Origin: an uncultured Gammaproteobacteria bacterium | GTDB lineage: Bacteria; Actinomycetota; Acidimicrobiia; Acidimicrobiales; Aldehydirespiratoraceae | Assembly: GCA_964196195.1 (NCBI GenBank) | Contig: CAXMSE010000032.1 | Coordinates: 801 to 64,800, forward strand | DNA length: 64,000 nt | Reading direction: 5' to 3' | Part shown: in pieces, positions 47,726 through 57,911 of the stretch | How the letters are laid out: the number at the start of each line of letters is the position of its first letter | How positions within the stretch are numbered: the stretch's first letter is position 1 | Program-made: the position numbers and the translations under genes | The notes under the pieces: model-generated | The model's input: the letters and a program-made list of their open reading frames with translations, nothing else | Databases searched by the model: none | Told to the model about the DNA's origin: nothing

Positions 47726-49123
47726 TTGAGAAAAGTCTGGAGACGGCTCGGCCTGAGGGCCCGAATCACCCTGCTCTTCGCGCTCGGAGGTCTGCTCTTG
47801 TCGGTCACCATCGCGGTGGCCACCCTCACCCTGGCCCGCCAGAATCTGCTGGCCGACCGCGAAGATCGTGCCTTTTCGGTGGTCATCCGCAACGGAGACC
47901 GAGTGGCGCAACGCCTCACCGAGGAGACCGACGCCGAGGAGGTGGGCGCGATCTTCGATTCCCTCACCATCACTGAACGTTCCCACCCGCTGCTTCGCGT
48001 CGACGATGTCTGGACCGCCAGCAATCCCCAGGTGTTCAGCAACGAAAACGTGCCGAGCGTGCTCGTCGCCGCGGTCGAGAACGGGCACGCGGCGCGCATC
48101 CGCACCCGCCTCGACGACAAGCCGGCCCTGATCACCGGCATTCCCATCCCCAACCTCGATGCCGACTACTACGAGGCGGCTCTCGTCGACGATGTCGAAG
48201 GTGCGCTCAACACCCTCGGCATCATCGTCATCGGCGTGGCCACCGCCGCAACCCTCCTGGCCGCCGCCATCGGTTCGTGGGCGTCCAGGAGGGCGCTCAC
48301 CCCTCTGGTGGAGGTGCGAGCAGCCGCTGAATCACTCGCCGCCGGAGAGCTCGACACCCGCCTCGACCCTCCAGCCGATGCCGACCTCGCATCCCTCACC
48401 GCCTCCTTCAACGGAATGGCCCGCTCGCTCGAGGACCGCATCGAACGCGACGCCCGGTTCGCGTCGGAGGTGAGCCATGAGTTGCGCTCGCCGTTGATGA
48501 CGCTCAACGCCTCTGCCGAGGTCCTCAACAACAGCCGCGACGACCTCTCCGAGCGCAACCAGACGGCCCTCGACCTGCTTACCGACGACATCGGGAGGTT
48601 CACCGACCTCGTCGAAGACCTCCTCGAGATCAGCCGTTACGACGTCGGGTCGGCGGCTCTTCAGGCGGAGCCGATCGACCTCGTCGAATTTGTCCGCCAG
48701 GCGGTTGCCCACGGGCGCTACCCCGACACGAGCGTCAATGCCGAGACGCTGGAGTATCTGGTGATCGAAGGCGACAAGCGTCGCCTTGCCCAAGTGGTGG
48801 CCAACCTCCTCGACAATGCGGCCAAGTATGGCGAGGGCCACGTGGGCATCGAAGTTCGCGAGCGCCGCGACACTGTGCAGATGATCATCGAGGACCAGGG
48901 GCCAGGTGTGCCCTACGAAGAGAGAAGCGTGATCTTCGATCGTTTCTCTCGGGGTAGTGCCGGAGGAAGCCGGGGCCAGGGCACGGGATCGGGGTTAGGC
49001 CTGTCGTTGGTGACCGAACACGTCGGGCTCCACGGCGGACACGTGTGGGTGGAGGATCGCCCCGATGGCGGCCAGGGCGCTCGCTTCGTGGTGTCTCTTC
49101 CCAAGACGGATCCGATCGAATGA
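47726..49123 (+). CDS. HAMP-domain sensor histidine kinase
   Basis: Two TM helices, HAMP, SHELRSPL, NLLDNAAKY, DQGPG, GSGLGL. Confidence 0.95.
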   Translation: MRKVWRRLGLRARITLLFALGGLLLSVTIAVATLTLARQNLLADREDRAFSVVIRNGDRVAQRLTEETDAEEVGAIFDSLTITERSHPLLRVDDVWTASNPQVFSNENVPSVLVAAVENGHAARIRTRLDDKPALITGIPIPNLDADYYEAALVDDVEGALNTLGIIVIGVATAATLLAAAIGSWASRRALTPLVEVRAAAESLAAGELDTRLDPPADADLASLTASFNGMARSLEDRIERDARFASEVSHELRSPLMTLNASAEVLNNSRDDLSERNQTALDLLTDDIGRFTDLVEDLLEISRYDVGSAALQAEPIDLVEFVRQAVAHGRYPDTSVNAETLEYLVIEGDKRRLAQVVANLLDNAAKYGEGHVGIEVRERRDTVQMIIEDQGPGVPYEERSVIFDRFSRGSAGGSRGQGTGSGLGLSLVTEHVGLHGGHVWVEDRPDGGQGARFVVSLPKTDPIE

Positions 49124-49794
49124 GGCGCCTGGTGGTTTCCGCCCTCCTCATATCGCTCATCGTGGGAGCATGCTCGCTCCCCACCGATGAGTCGGCCCAG
49201 GTGATCAATCCAGATGAACTGCCCGATGGTCTGCGTAGCGACCTCACCGCCACCACAACCACCATCGAACCGCCCTCCGCCATTCCGATCGGGATCTTCC
49301 TGATCGACCTCGCCGACGAACGGAAGATCGTCGTCGAGGTGACCCGGGAAGTGGAGACCACCGCCTCCCTCTTCGATCGACTCTCATTCCTCTTCGGCGA
49401 CGAGGTCCGCACCGAGGCCGACCGCGAGTTGGGCTACAGCAACCCGGTGGGCGAGTTCACCCTCACCAGCGTGGAGCGCAACGACAACGACGTCGCCATC
49501 ATCGATATCATCGCCGTCGACGAAAACGGAGCCGAGGTGGCAGTAAGCGGCGACGTGCTGCGAGATGCCGCGGCCCAACTCGTGTACACGGCAACAGGCT
49601 TCAGCGCGATTCGAGCGGTCCGTATCCTCATCAACGGTGAGAGGGTGGTGCTACCCACCACCACCGACGAAGGCGATACCGAAGACGTCGTGAGCCGCGG
49701 CGACTACGAGCGCTACCTGCCCGAATTCGTGGTGGTCACCACCACCATTCCCGAGTCCACCACCACGGTGGCTCCGGATGAAGGCGGCGGCTGA
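49120..49794 (+). CDS. GerMN-domain lipoprotein (LpqB-like two-component accessory)
   Basis: Lipobox IVGAC, AQLVYTAT, VRILING; ATGA overlap with the kinase. Confidence 0.82.
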   Translation: MRRLVVSALLISLIVGACSLPTDESAQVINPDELPDGLRSDLTATTTTIEPPSAIPIGIFLIDLADERKIVVEVTREVETTASLFDRLSFLFGDEVRTEADRELGYSNPVGEFTLTSVERNDNDVAIIDIIAVDENGAEVAVSGDVLRDAAAQLVYTATGFSAIRAVRILINGERVVLPTTTDEGDTEDVVSRGDYERYLPEFVVVTTTIPESTTTVAPDEGGG

Positions 49795-49797
49795 ACC

Positions 49798-50826
49798 TCA
49801 AGCGAAGAAGGTACGAGCCGTTCGCAGGAGGTTCGGACTCGTGTACTTGAGCGAACCGACCGCTTCGGCGAGCGGCACCGTCACCACCTCGCCGTTGCGA
49901 AATGCCACCATCGAGCCGTATTCGCCCTCGTGTACCGCCTCCATGGCGGCCACCCCGAACCAGGTGGACAGCACCCGGTCGAACGAGGTGGGGGTGCCGC
50001 CTCGCTGAACGTGACCGAGGACGGTCACTCGCGTTTCGAAACCGGTGCGAGCCTCGATCTCCGAGGCAACGACGTTGCAGATCCCGCCGAGTCGCTTGTG
50101 GCCGTACTGATCCACCGGAGGTTCTTGCACCTCGATCGTTCCCTTCTTCGGCAAGGCTCCCTCGGCGACCACCACGATCGACGCGTAGCGACCCCGGCCG
50201 TGACGCCGAGCCAAGGCGTCGCACACCTCATCAATGTCGAAGGGCTCTTCGGGCACGAGGGTGACCGTGGCACCCCCCGCGATACCCGCCCACGTGGCGA
50301 TATGGCCCACGTGACGACCCATGACCTCCACCACCATTACCCGGTCGTGGGACTCTGCGGTGGTGTGCAGGCGGTCGATCGCATCGGTAGCGATCTGTAC
50401 GGCGGTGTCGAATCCGAACGTGCGCTCCGTGCCCGCCACGTCGTTGTCGATGGTCTTGGGCACGCCCACAAGCGGTATGCCCTCCTCGTGGACTCGGTTC
50501 GCGGCCGAGAGTGTGCCCTCGCCCCCGATCACGATCAGTGCGTCGATGGCGTTGCGTTCGAGGTTGGCACGAACCCGACTCATCCCGTCGTCGTACATGA
50601 AGGGCTGATATCGACTCGTGCCGATGATCGTGCCACCGCGGGGCAGCAGGCCCCGACACTCCTCGACCGTCAGGGTCATGGTCCTGTCGTCGAGCAGGCC
50701 ACTCCAGCCGTCGAGAATGCCCACCATCTCGTATCCGAACTCGCGTTCTCCCTTTCGGACGACCGCGCGAATCACCGCGTTGAGGCCCGGGCAGTCGCCG
50801 CCTCCGGTGAGTACTCCAACCCTCAT
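49798..50826 (-). CDS. pfkA: 6-phosphofructokinase (actinobacterial group III, probably ATP-dependent)
   Basis: TGGGDCPGLN, GTSR, GGEGT, PKTIDND, EVMGR, LGHVQRGG. Confidence 0.95.
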   Translation of the reverse strand: MRVGVLTGGGDCPGLNAVIRAVVRKGEREFGYEMVGILDGWSGLLDDRTMTLTVEECRGLLPRGGTIIGTSRYQPFMYDDGMSRVRANLERNAIDALIVIGGEGTLSAANRVHEEGIPLVGVPKTIDNDVAGTERTFGFDTAVQIATDAIDRLHTTAESHDRVMVVEVMGRHVGHIATWAGIAGGATVTLVPEEPFDIDEVCDALARRHGRGRYASIVVVAEGALPKKGTIEVQEPPVDQYGHKRLGGICNVVASEIEARTGFETRVTVLGHVQRGGTPTSFDRVLSTWFGVAAMEAVHEGEYGSMVAFRNGEVVTVPLAEAVGSLKYTSPNLLRTARTFFA

Positions 50827-50899
50827 CGATCCTCCCGAGAATCGTCCCCTGCCAAGCTACCGACCAAGCTCCGAGAGCGAGCGGGTATCGTCGCCGACC

Positions 50900-52384
50900 A
50901 TGGGAATAGTGATAGCCATCGATGCCGGAACAACGGGTGTTCGCTCCTTCGCGGTCGACGAGTCGGGTACGCCGCTCGGATTCACCTACCGGGAGTTCAC
51001 CCAACACTTTCCCCGGCCTGGCTGGGTCGAGCACGACGCCGACGAGATCTGGGACGCGGTGGTGGCCACCCTGGCCGAACTGGTCGCCACGATCGATCAG
51101 CCGGTGGCTGCGATAGGCATCACCGACCAACGCGAGACCGTCGTGGCCTGGGACAAGAAAACGGGCCGCCCCCTGCACCGGGCGATCGTGTGGCAGGACC
51201 GCAGAACCGCAAGCCGCTGCGAGGCGCTGGAGGCGGCCGGACACCTCGATGCGGTGCGATCCACCACCGGCCTGGTTCTCGATCCCTATTTCTCCGGCAC
51301 CAAGTTCGAGTGGCTCCTCGGTGAGGGAGGCGTGGAGGTGGGCCCCGATCTCGCCTTCGGCACCGTCGATTCGTGGCTCATCTGGAACCTCACGGGCGGC
51401 TTGCACGCCACAGACTCGTCCAACGCGAGCCGAACCCTGCTCTACGACATCGGTGCCCACCGCTGGAGCCCCGAGATGTGCGACTTGTTCGGGGTCCCGG
51501 CGAGCACCCTTCCCGAGGTGCGCGCTTCATCGGGGCGGTTCGGCGTCACCACCGATGCCATCCCCACCGGGCCCGGAATCCCGGTGAGCGGTATCGCCGG
51601 CGATCAGCAGGCCGCCCTGTTCGGACAGGCATGTTTCCAGCCGGGCCAGACCAAGAACACCTACGGCACCGGAAGCTTTGTACTGATGAATGTCGGTACC
51701 AGCTGCCCCGAACCCGTGGAGGGCCTGCTCACCACCGTGGCCTGGACTCTCGACGGGCCGAACGGATTGGAAACGACCTACGCCTACGAGGGGGCGATAT
51801 TCGCTACCGGCGCCGCAATCCAGTGGCTGCGCGACGGACTCGGAATCATCGATGATGCGGCGGAAACGGGCCCCCTGGCCGAGTCGGTCGCCGACAGCGG
51901 CGGGGTCGTCTTTGTTCCCGCCCTCACCGGCCTCGGCAGTCCCTACTGGGATCCACGGGCACGAGGCACCATCCTCGGCCTCACCCGCGGCACCGGTCGA
52001 GCCGAGATCGCACGAGCAACCGTCGAGTCGATGGCCTTCCAGACCCGCGATGTGGTCGACGCAATGGCCAACGCCAGCGGTACCGGCATCACCGATCTGC
52101 GCGTCGATGGAGGAGCCTCAGTGATGGACCTGCTGCTCCAGATGCAGGCCGATCAGCTCGGAGTTCCCGTCATCCGATCGGCGGTGGCGGAGACCACCGC
52201 TCTGGGTGCCGCCTATCTCGCCGGACTGGCCGAAGGGGTGTGGTCGTCGCAGGCTGAGCTGGCCGACCACTGGGCGGCCGATGCCACCTTCTCCCCCGCT
52301 GATCACCGCGACGGCTGCGACGACGCCTACGCCAACTGGAAACGGGCGGTGGAGCGCAGTCGGCATTGGGACCTCAGCGACTGA
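50900..52384 (+). CDS. glpK: Glycerol kinase
   Basis: AIDAGTT, PGWVEHD, QRET, WQDRRT, GDQQAALFG, KNTYGTG, DGGAS, ETTALGAA. Confidence 0.95.
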   Translation: MGIVIAIDAGTTGVRSFAVDESGTPLGFTYREFTQHFPRPGWVEHDADEIWDAVVATLAELVATIDQPVAAIGITDQRETVVAWDKKTGRPLHRAIVWQDRRTASRCEALEAAGHLDAVRSTTGLVLDPYFSGTKFEWLLGEGGVEVGPDLAFGTVDSWLIWNLTGGLHATDSSNASRTLLYDIGAHRWSPEMCDLFGVPASTLPEVRASSGRFGVTTDAIPTGPGIPVSGIAGDQQAALFGQACFQPGQTKNTYGTGSFVLMNVGTSCPEPVEGLLTTVAWTLDGPNGLETTYAYEGAIFATGAAIQWLRDGLGIIDDAAETGPLAESVADSGGVVFVPALTGLGSPYWDPRARGTILGLTRGTGRAEIARATVESMAFQTRDVVDAMANASGTGITDLRVDGGASVMDLLLQMQADQLGVPVIRSAVAETTALGAAYLAGLAEGVWSSQAELADHWAADATFSPADHRDGCDDAYANWKRAVERSRHWDLSD

Positions 52385-52392
52385 GCACCCGC

Positions 52393-53571
52393 TCAGCCCA
52401 GGCGGGTGAGAACACTCCGCATATTACGAACCGCTTGTTGGGTACGTTGCTCGTTTTCAATGAGGGCGAAACGAACGTGACCCTCGCCGCCCGGCCCAAA
52501 TCCGACACCGGGTGAGAGCGCCACATTGGCCTCCTTCACCAGCATCGAGGCGAACTCCACCGACCCCATCTCGTGGTACTCGGGGGGTATCGGAGCCCAC
52601 ACGAACATGGTGCCCTTGGGTGGTTCGATGTGCCAGCCGATTCGAGCAAGCCCGTCGCACAGGGTGTTACGGCGGCTCTCGTAGATGGCGCGAGCCTCGC
52701 TCGGGTATTCCGGCGCCTCGTTCATGGTGACGGTGGCAGCGATCTGCACCGGCTGGAAAGTTCCGTAGTCGAGATACGACTTGAGCTTGGCCAGGGCCCC
52801 GACCACTTCAGAATTACCGGCCATGAAGGCCACCCGCCAGCCCGCCATCGAGAACGATTTGGTCATCGAGTAGAGCTCGACGGCCACCTCCTTGCCGCCA
52901 TCGGCCTGCAGGATCGACGGCGGCAGGTAGCCGTCGAACCCAAGATCGGCGTAGGCGAAATCGTGCACCACGATCACATCGCGTTCTCGCGCGAAGTCGA
53001 CCACCCGCTGCATGAAGTCGAGGTCGACGCAGGTGGTGGTGGGGTTGTGGGGAAACGACAGAACGATCACCCGCGGACGGGGCCACGAGTACTCGAAGCG
53101 GTCGGTGAGGGTGTCGAAGAAGTCGTCTTGACTGGTGGTGAGGGGCATCTCGCGAACATTCGCGCCTGCAAACAGAGGCGCAAAGAGATGGATGGGATAC
53201 GAGGGCGCGGGCACGAGCACCGAGTCGCCGGACTGCAACAGCACCCACATGAGGTGGCTGAACCCCTCCTTGGCCCCAATGGTGTTGATCACCTCGGTCT
53301 CGGGATCGAGATCCACGTCGAATCGCCGCTTGTAGAGATCGGCGAGCGCCTCACGAAGCTTGGGGAGTCCACGGCTCGCCGAGTAGCGATGGTTGCGAGG
53401 ATTACGGGCAGCCTCGATCAGCTTCTCGACGGCCACACTCGGCGAAGGCAGATCGGGGTTGCCGAATCCGAGATCGATCACATCCGCTCCGGCTCGACGG
53501 GCCTCGACCTTGAGCGCATCGATGATGGTGAAGACGTACGGGGGCAGGCCGTTGATCCGGCGGAATTCCAT
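52393..53571 (-). CDS. alaC: Class I/II aminotransferase, AlaC-like
   Basis: LPPYVF, GNPD, YPIH, FPHNPT, HDFAY, SMTKSFSMAGWRV, KSYLDYGTF. Confidence 0.8.
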   Translation of the reverse strand: MEFRRINGLPPYVFTIIDALKVEARRAGADVIDLGFGNPDLPSPSVAVEKLIEAARNPRNHRYSASRGLPKLREALADLYKRRFDVDLDPETEVINTIGAKEGFSHLMWVLLQSGDSVLVPAPSYPIHLFAPLFAGANVREMPLTTSQDDFFDTLTDRFEYSWPRPRVIVLSFPHNPTTTCVDLDFMQRVVDFARERDVIVVHDFAYADLGFDGYLPPSILQADGGKEVAVELYSMTKSFSMAGWRVAFMAGNSEVVGALAKLKSYLDYGTFQPVQIAATVTMNEAPEYPSEARAIYESRRNTLCDGLARIGWHIEPPKGTMFVWAPIPPEYHEMGSVEFASMLVKEANVALSPGVGFGPGGEGHVRFALIENEQRTQQAVRNMRSVLTRLG

Positions 53572-53584
53572 GCGTCGAGACTAC

Positions 53585-55522
53585 TCAGACGAAGGCGTGA
53601 ACCTCGATGAATTTCACCGTGCCATATTCCTGGTCTGCAACCCACCCGGCAATACCCGGCGTGTCGCCGATCACGATTACCTGGACGTCTCCGGGCAGAC
53701 CGTGAAGGGCATCGAGCGCACTCAGCGGGGCGTCGCCCATGAGCACCACCAAGGGGATGGGACCGGCGAGACCACGCGGGATTCTCGATATCACCGACGC
53801 CATTCCACGAGGGCCAACCCTTGATTGGTGAACTTGATGCTCCGCCAGCCGCTCGAGCACCTCGGCTCCTTCTCGGAGTTGCAGCTTGGCGTCGTGCTCT
53901 TCGGCGACGGCGAGCTCGTTGGCGGCGAGCATGTGGAGCTCCAGATCGATGTGATTCAGCTCCATCAGCATCTTGCGGACCTCCGCCACCTCGGATTCGG
54001 CCTCGTGAACGGCGGCGCGCTCGGTGCTGAGACGATCAACACGAGAGATGTCACCGAGCAGCACCAGCGCATCCAGCTCGGTTCCCGCCCTCTCGCGATC
54101 TCTCAGTATCCGCACCGCTGCAGTGTCGGCGGAGGCGAGCACGGAGAACCAGGTCTCGCCGAGGGCGACCAGGGCCCTCTCGGAATGAAGATCCTGATGG
54201 CCGATCGAGCCGCAATCATCGAGTATCGATCGAAGGTGAGCAAACGCATCGCCGGGAGCGGCGCCCACCGACCCCGCATCGACCGTCACCGCGAGGAGAG
54301 CCTCGGTGATCAGATCGGGATTGTCAGATTGGCCATCTTTCATAGGATCGTGACCCAGGAGTTGCACCGCACGGCTGGCGGCAACATCGATCGCGTCGAG
54401 CACCGTTTGGAGATCGGTGTCGCGCTCGAGCCTGGCCATCAGATCTGCCCATTCGAGCTCGGCCGCCTCGAGATCGACCACGCTTTTCTCGTAGGCGGTG
54501 ACTCGTTCGCTACTCACAACGACCATGCCGTTGCCCATGCGAAACGCGGCCCACGTGGGGTAGCCGACCCCATCGAGAGCCTCGTTGAGTTCGCCCTTGG
54601 CGAGCTCGAACGCTCGACGTGCAGCGCCTCGGCGGATGGTCTTCCCGACCCGACGGTCGAGTTCGAGCACACGGTCCTGGAGAGCCGCTAGCTCGGTGGC
54701 TTCATCGGGCAGGACGTTGCGGGGAACGGCGGCATCCTCGGCCGAGCCTGCTGCGGCACGTGCCGCGTCGAGCCGGGCGGCGACAGCCTCGGTGCCGCCA
54801 CCGGCAGCCTCCATCCGGGATTCCAAGCCCACGACTCGCTGGTGCAGAGAGGTCCAGGCCGCCGCGAGAGCCACTGCTTCCGGGCACGGAACGGGACCCG
54901 TGGAGACCGAGCTTCGAGCGGTGGCCAGCGCCGCGGCCAGGGCGGCTCTGTCGCCCGAAGCCAGACCAGAGAGCTGGGTGTCGAGCTCATCGACGAGCGC
55001 CTTGAGTTCGCTGATGCGCTCCGGTACGTCGTCCATACCGGTCCACGGGTCCGGTCGATCGGCGAAACGAGCGGCTCGGCCGAGTGCGCCGTCGGCGAGG
55101 TCGAGCCTCAGTCCTGCTCCGTTGTCGAGCCGGGCAGTAGCCGAGGCGAGCCTTGCCTGCATCTCGGAGCGGATCCGGGCCGCGCCTCCCAGTTCCTCCG
55201 CCAGTTCAGCGATCTGATGATCGATCTGTTCGCGAGCACCAGATGCGGGGTCCGCGGCGATATCGAGCAGGCTTTTGGCCTCGATGATCAGGGCGGCATC
55301 AGCGGTGGCACCGATAATGTCGAGAGCGCTGTCGAGGGTCATCACGACCCCGTGAACCTCGGCCAGGCCCGACCAATCGAAGGCGTCTCCATCGGCTATC
55401 GAGTGGAGGAAGCCGACGACCGCGACGCGAGCGGCGGGGTTGAGGCCGTGGAGGATCGTGATCCTTGGGTGCAGCTCAAAACATTCGCGCGATGAATCGG
55501 GCCTGAGTTCAACAAAACGCAT
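53585..55522 (-). CDS. Long coiled-coil protein with degenerate SMC/Rad50/YhaN-like head segments
   Basis: N-terminal LHPRITILHGLNPAARV, ~500 aa of helical Ala/Leu/Glu-rich sequence, C-terminal PIPLVVLMGD..QVIVIG. Confidence 0.7.
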   Translation of the reverse strand: MRFVELRPDSSRECFELHPRITILHGLNPAARVAVVGFLHSIADGDAFDWSGLAEVHGVVMTLDSALDIIGATADAALIIEAKSLLDIAADPASGAREQIDHQIAELAEELGGAARIRSEMQARLASATARLDNGAGLRLDLADGALGRAARFADRPDPWTGMDDVPERISELKALVDELDTQLSGLASGDRAALAAALATARSSVSTGPVPCPEAVALAAAWTSLHQRVVGLESRMEAAGGGTEAVAARLDAARAAAGSAEDAAVPRNVLPDEATELAALQDRVLELDRRVGKTIRRGAARRAFELAKGELNEALDGVGYPTWAAFRMGNGMVVVSSERVTAYEKSVVDLEAAELEWADLMARLERDTDLQTVLDAIDVAASRAVQLLGHDPMKDGQSDNPDLITEALLAVTVDAGSVGAAPGDAFAHLRSILDDCGSIGHQDLHSERALVALGETWFSVLASADTAAVRILRDRERAGTELDALVLLGDISRVDRLSTERAAVHEAESEVAEVRKMLMELNHIDLELHMLAANELAVAEEHDAKLQLREGAEVLERLAEHQVHQSRVGPRGMASVISRIPRGLAGPIPLVVLMGDAPLSALDALHGLPGDVQVIVIGDTPGIAGWVADQEYGTVKFIEVHAFV

Positions 55523-55562
55523 CCCCGTCCCATCGGCACACGGGGTGCCCGTTTCAAGCCCC

Positions 55563-55820
55563 CTACTCCTCGCTGTCGTCGGCGGTGGCGGCGTCTCGAC
55601 CGTCGTCCATGAACCCGGTGGTGAAGGCCTCCACCACGGATTTCCCGGTAGAGATCACCGAATCGAACGCCGCTGGGTCCTCTACGACCCGTTCGGCGGC
55701 TTCGAGAAGTTGACGAAGCGAAACCACGACCGCGCCCGCAGCGGCGCGGATCTCATCGAAGGGATCGTCGGCTGGGTTCGATTCCTCGGACTCGTCGCGG
55801 TTGGGCGACGGGTCGGTCAC
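55563..55820 (-). CDS. Small acidic hypothetical protein
   Basis: GTGA-coupled to the SRPBCC gene; two amphipathic helices. Confidence 0.65.
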   Translation of the reverse strand: MTDPSPNRDESEESNPADDPFDEIRAAAGAVVVSLRQLLEAAERVVEDPAAFDSVISTGKSVVEAFTTGFMDDGRDAATADDSEE

Positions 55821-56269
55821 TTCATGCCACTCTCGATGTGACGAGTGAAATCGTCGAGTGCGGTGCGTACTATCCGGGCTTCGGCGCGGCGCTTGACAAA
55901 CCCGGGAAGAGGCACGGAGAGGTCGACAGCCAGGTGGTAGACCACCTCGGTGGATCCGGGATCGGATGCGACCGGAAGGAACTCGTATTCACCGTCGAGT
56001 CGGCGGGTGATGTCGCCGGCTTGGAGCCGCCAGGCGATACGACGAGGATTGGACCCGTAGAAGTAGCGAAGGGTGTAGGTGGTGGACCTACCCATCGCCG
56101 CAGCACGGAACTCGACATCGACGGCACGGCCCTCGTCGTCTCGCGACAAGATGCGAGCCATTTTCACATCTGAGGCCCAGTCCGGGTAGCGCTCGAAGTC
56201 GATCGCCGCGGCATAACACAGGTCGGGTGATGCGGCAATCGTGGTGCGCTCGGTGGCTTGATCGACCAT
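55817..56269 (-). CDS. SRPBCC/polyketide cyclase family protein
   Basis: DFERYPDWA, YTLRY, LDGEYEF, PLPGFVKRRAE. Confidence 0.9.
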   Translation of the reverse strand: MVDQATERTTIAASPDLCYAAAIDFERYPDWASDVKMARILSRDDEGRAVDVEFRAAAMGRSTTYTLRYFYGSNPRRIAWRLQAGDITRRLDGEYEFLPVASDPGSTEVVYHLAVDLSVPLPGFVKRRAEARIVRTALDDFTRHIESGMK

Positions 56270-56328
56270 CTCGGCTCGTTTCGTGCTGTGGTGAACCCGA
56301 CACTAACAACTCGGCATGGCTCCGCGGT

Positions 56329-56775
56329 TCACGTCGGTTCACCGGGAGGGTCGGTGGGCTCGAACGTGCCGTAGCGAGCGCACCACAGACCGGTGAATCC
56401 AAGCGCGAACAGGGGAACGAGCGTGCCGAAGGCCAGCGTCGTGAAGGTCCTCAGCGAGGCGGTGACGACGCCGACACCCAGTTGGGTGGCCTGCGCCCCG
56501 AGGAAGTGGCGTCGAACATCCGGAGGGGCGCTCCCCGCCCCGAAATAGAGCCCGCCGATGCCGATTGCATCAACCCTGCTTCGTTCGACCGCCAACGCAA
56601 ATGCCCACAGCATGGTGACCATCCCGACTGCGAAGAGGGCGAGCGCCACCGCCAGAGCAGGGAATTGGAACAGGCCGAGGTCGATGGTGGCTCCGATCGC
56701 GGTGATGGCGAAAAGCCCGGTGCCCCACCACAGCCAGACAATGAGCCGGCGTCCGTCGGTGGAGATACCGCTCAT
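56329..56775 (-). CDS. Hypothetical membrane protein (about 4 TM helices)
   Basis: Hydrophobic helices, AVERSR, LAFGTLVP, ARYGTF; ATGA overlap with the GT4 gene. Confidence 0.75.
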   Translation of the reverse strand: MSGISTDGRRLIVWLWWGTGLFAITAIGATIDLGLFQFPALAVALALFAVGMVTMLWAFALAVERSRVDAIGIGGLYFGAGSAPPDVRRHFLGAQATQLGVGVVTASLRTFTTLAFGTLVPLFALGFTGLWCARYGTFEPTDPPGEPT

Positions 56776-57902
56776 GGCGTGGCCATCGCGTTGATCGCTG
56801 ACTCGAGACGGGCCGCGAGCACGTCGTAGCTGAATTCAGCCTCGGCACGAGCCCGGGCTGCTTTCCCCATCCGGTCGCGAGCAGACCGGTCGTCGAGAAG
56901 TTCGATGATGGCTTCGGCCGTGGCGTCGGAATCGTCGGGATGGTCGACGATCAGCCCTGTCTGGCGATGGGCGACCGCTTCGTGTGCTCCTCCGCTCCGT
57001 CCCGCCACCTGGGGAACACCGGCGGCAGCCGCCTCCACGAAGACGATGCCGAATCCCTCCTGCTCGAGCCCACCCCATCGGGAGCGACACATCATCGCGA
57101 AGACGTCGCCACAACCGTAGAGAGCAGGCATCTGCTCGTCGTCGACTCTCCCGAGGAGATCGACGGGGGCGCCGAGCTCGCCGATCAGCTTGCGCAGTCG
57201 CTTCTCGTCACGACCCCGGCCGGCGATCGCCACCCTCACCTCGGGATGACGTTTCCTGATCATCACCGAGGCCCGGATAAGGGTGTCCATGCCCTTGCGC
57301 GGCACCAGCCGCGAAACCGACACCACCAGAGGCCCAGCGGCGGCAAGACCGAGCTGTTCGCGAGCCGTTCGACGCTGGTCTTCGTCGAGAGGCACGAATC
57401 GGTCTATGTCGACCCCAGGAGGCACGACCGTGGTGGCTAGCTTGCGGCCGAGAGATCGTTCCCCCTCGACCGCCGGGTAACCCCCGGCAGCGATCACTCC
57501 CGATGCGCCGGACAGCACCCGGTTCAAAAGTTGACGGGTGCCAGGCAAGCGGCCGGGGATCGTGACCTCCGCTCCATGCAGGACCACCGCATAGGGAAGA
57601 TCGAGGTGAGGACCGATGAGGCCGGCCGGCACTGCCGGGTCGATGATCACCACCTCCACCGAATGGTCTCGGGCAAGTCGGTTGACCCGTCGGATCAGCG
57701 CCGGCTGGGGCAACAGCCAGGGCTCGGGACTCCGCACGATCGTGTAGGCCTGAGCGGCGTCGAACTCCTCGGCGCCCGCATATGGGGTGGTGTGAACCAC
57801 GACCTCGTCGGCGGGCAGGCGGCGCCACAGTTCCCACAGATAGTTCTGGATTCCACCGATCTTCGGGGGAAAGTCGTTGGTGACTAGCAGGTGCCGAACC
57901 AC
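56772..57902 (-). CDS. GT4 glycosyltransferase, PimB'-like phosphatidylinositol mannosyltransferase
   Basis: LLVTNDFPPKIGGIQ, HGAE, SRLVPRKG, EGFGIVFVEA, GRSGGA. Confidence 0.88.
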   Translation of the reverse strand: MVRHLLVTNDFPPKIGGIQNYLWELWRRLPADEVVVHTTPYAGAEEFDAAQAYTIVRSPEPWLLPQPALIRRVNRLARDHSVEVVIIDPAVPAGLIGPHLDLPYAVVLHGAEVTIPGRLPGTRQLLNRVLSGASGVIAAGGYPAVEGERSLGRKLATTVVPPGVDIDRFVPLDEDQRRTAREQLGLAAAGPLVVSVSRLVPRKGMDTLIRASVMIRKRHPEVRVAIAGRGRDEKRLRKLIGELGAPVDLLGRVDDEQMPALYGCGDVFAMMCRSRWGGLEQEGFGIVFVEAAAAGVPQVAGRSGGAHEAVAHRQTGLIVDHPDDSDATAEAIIELLDDRSARDRMGKAARARAEAEFSYDVLAARLESAINAMATP

Positions 57903-57911
57903 GGGAGGACC

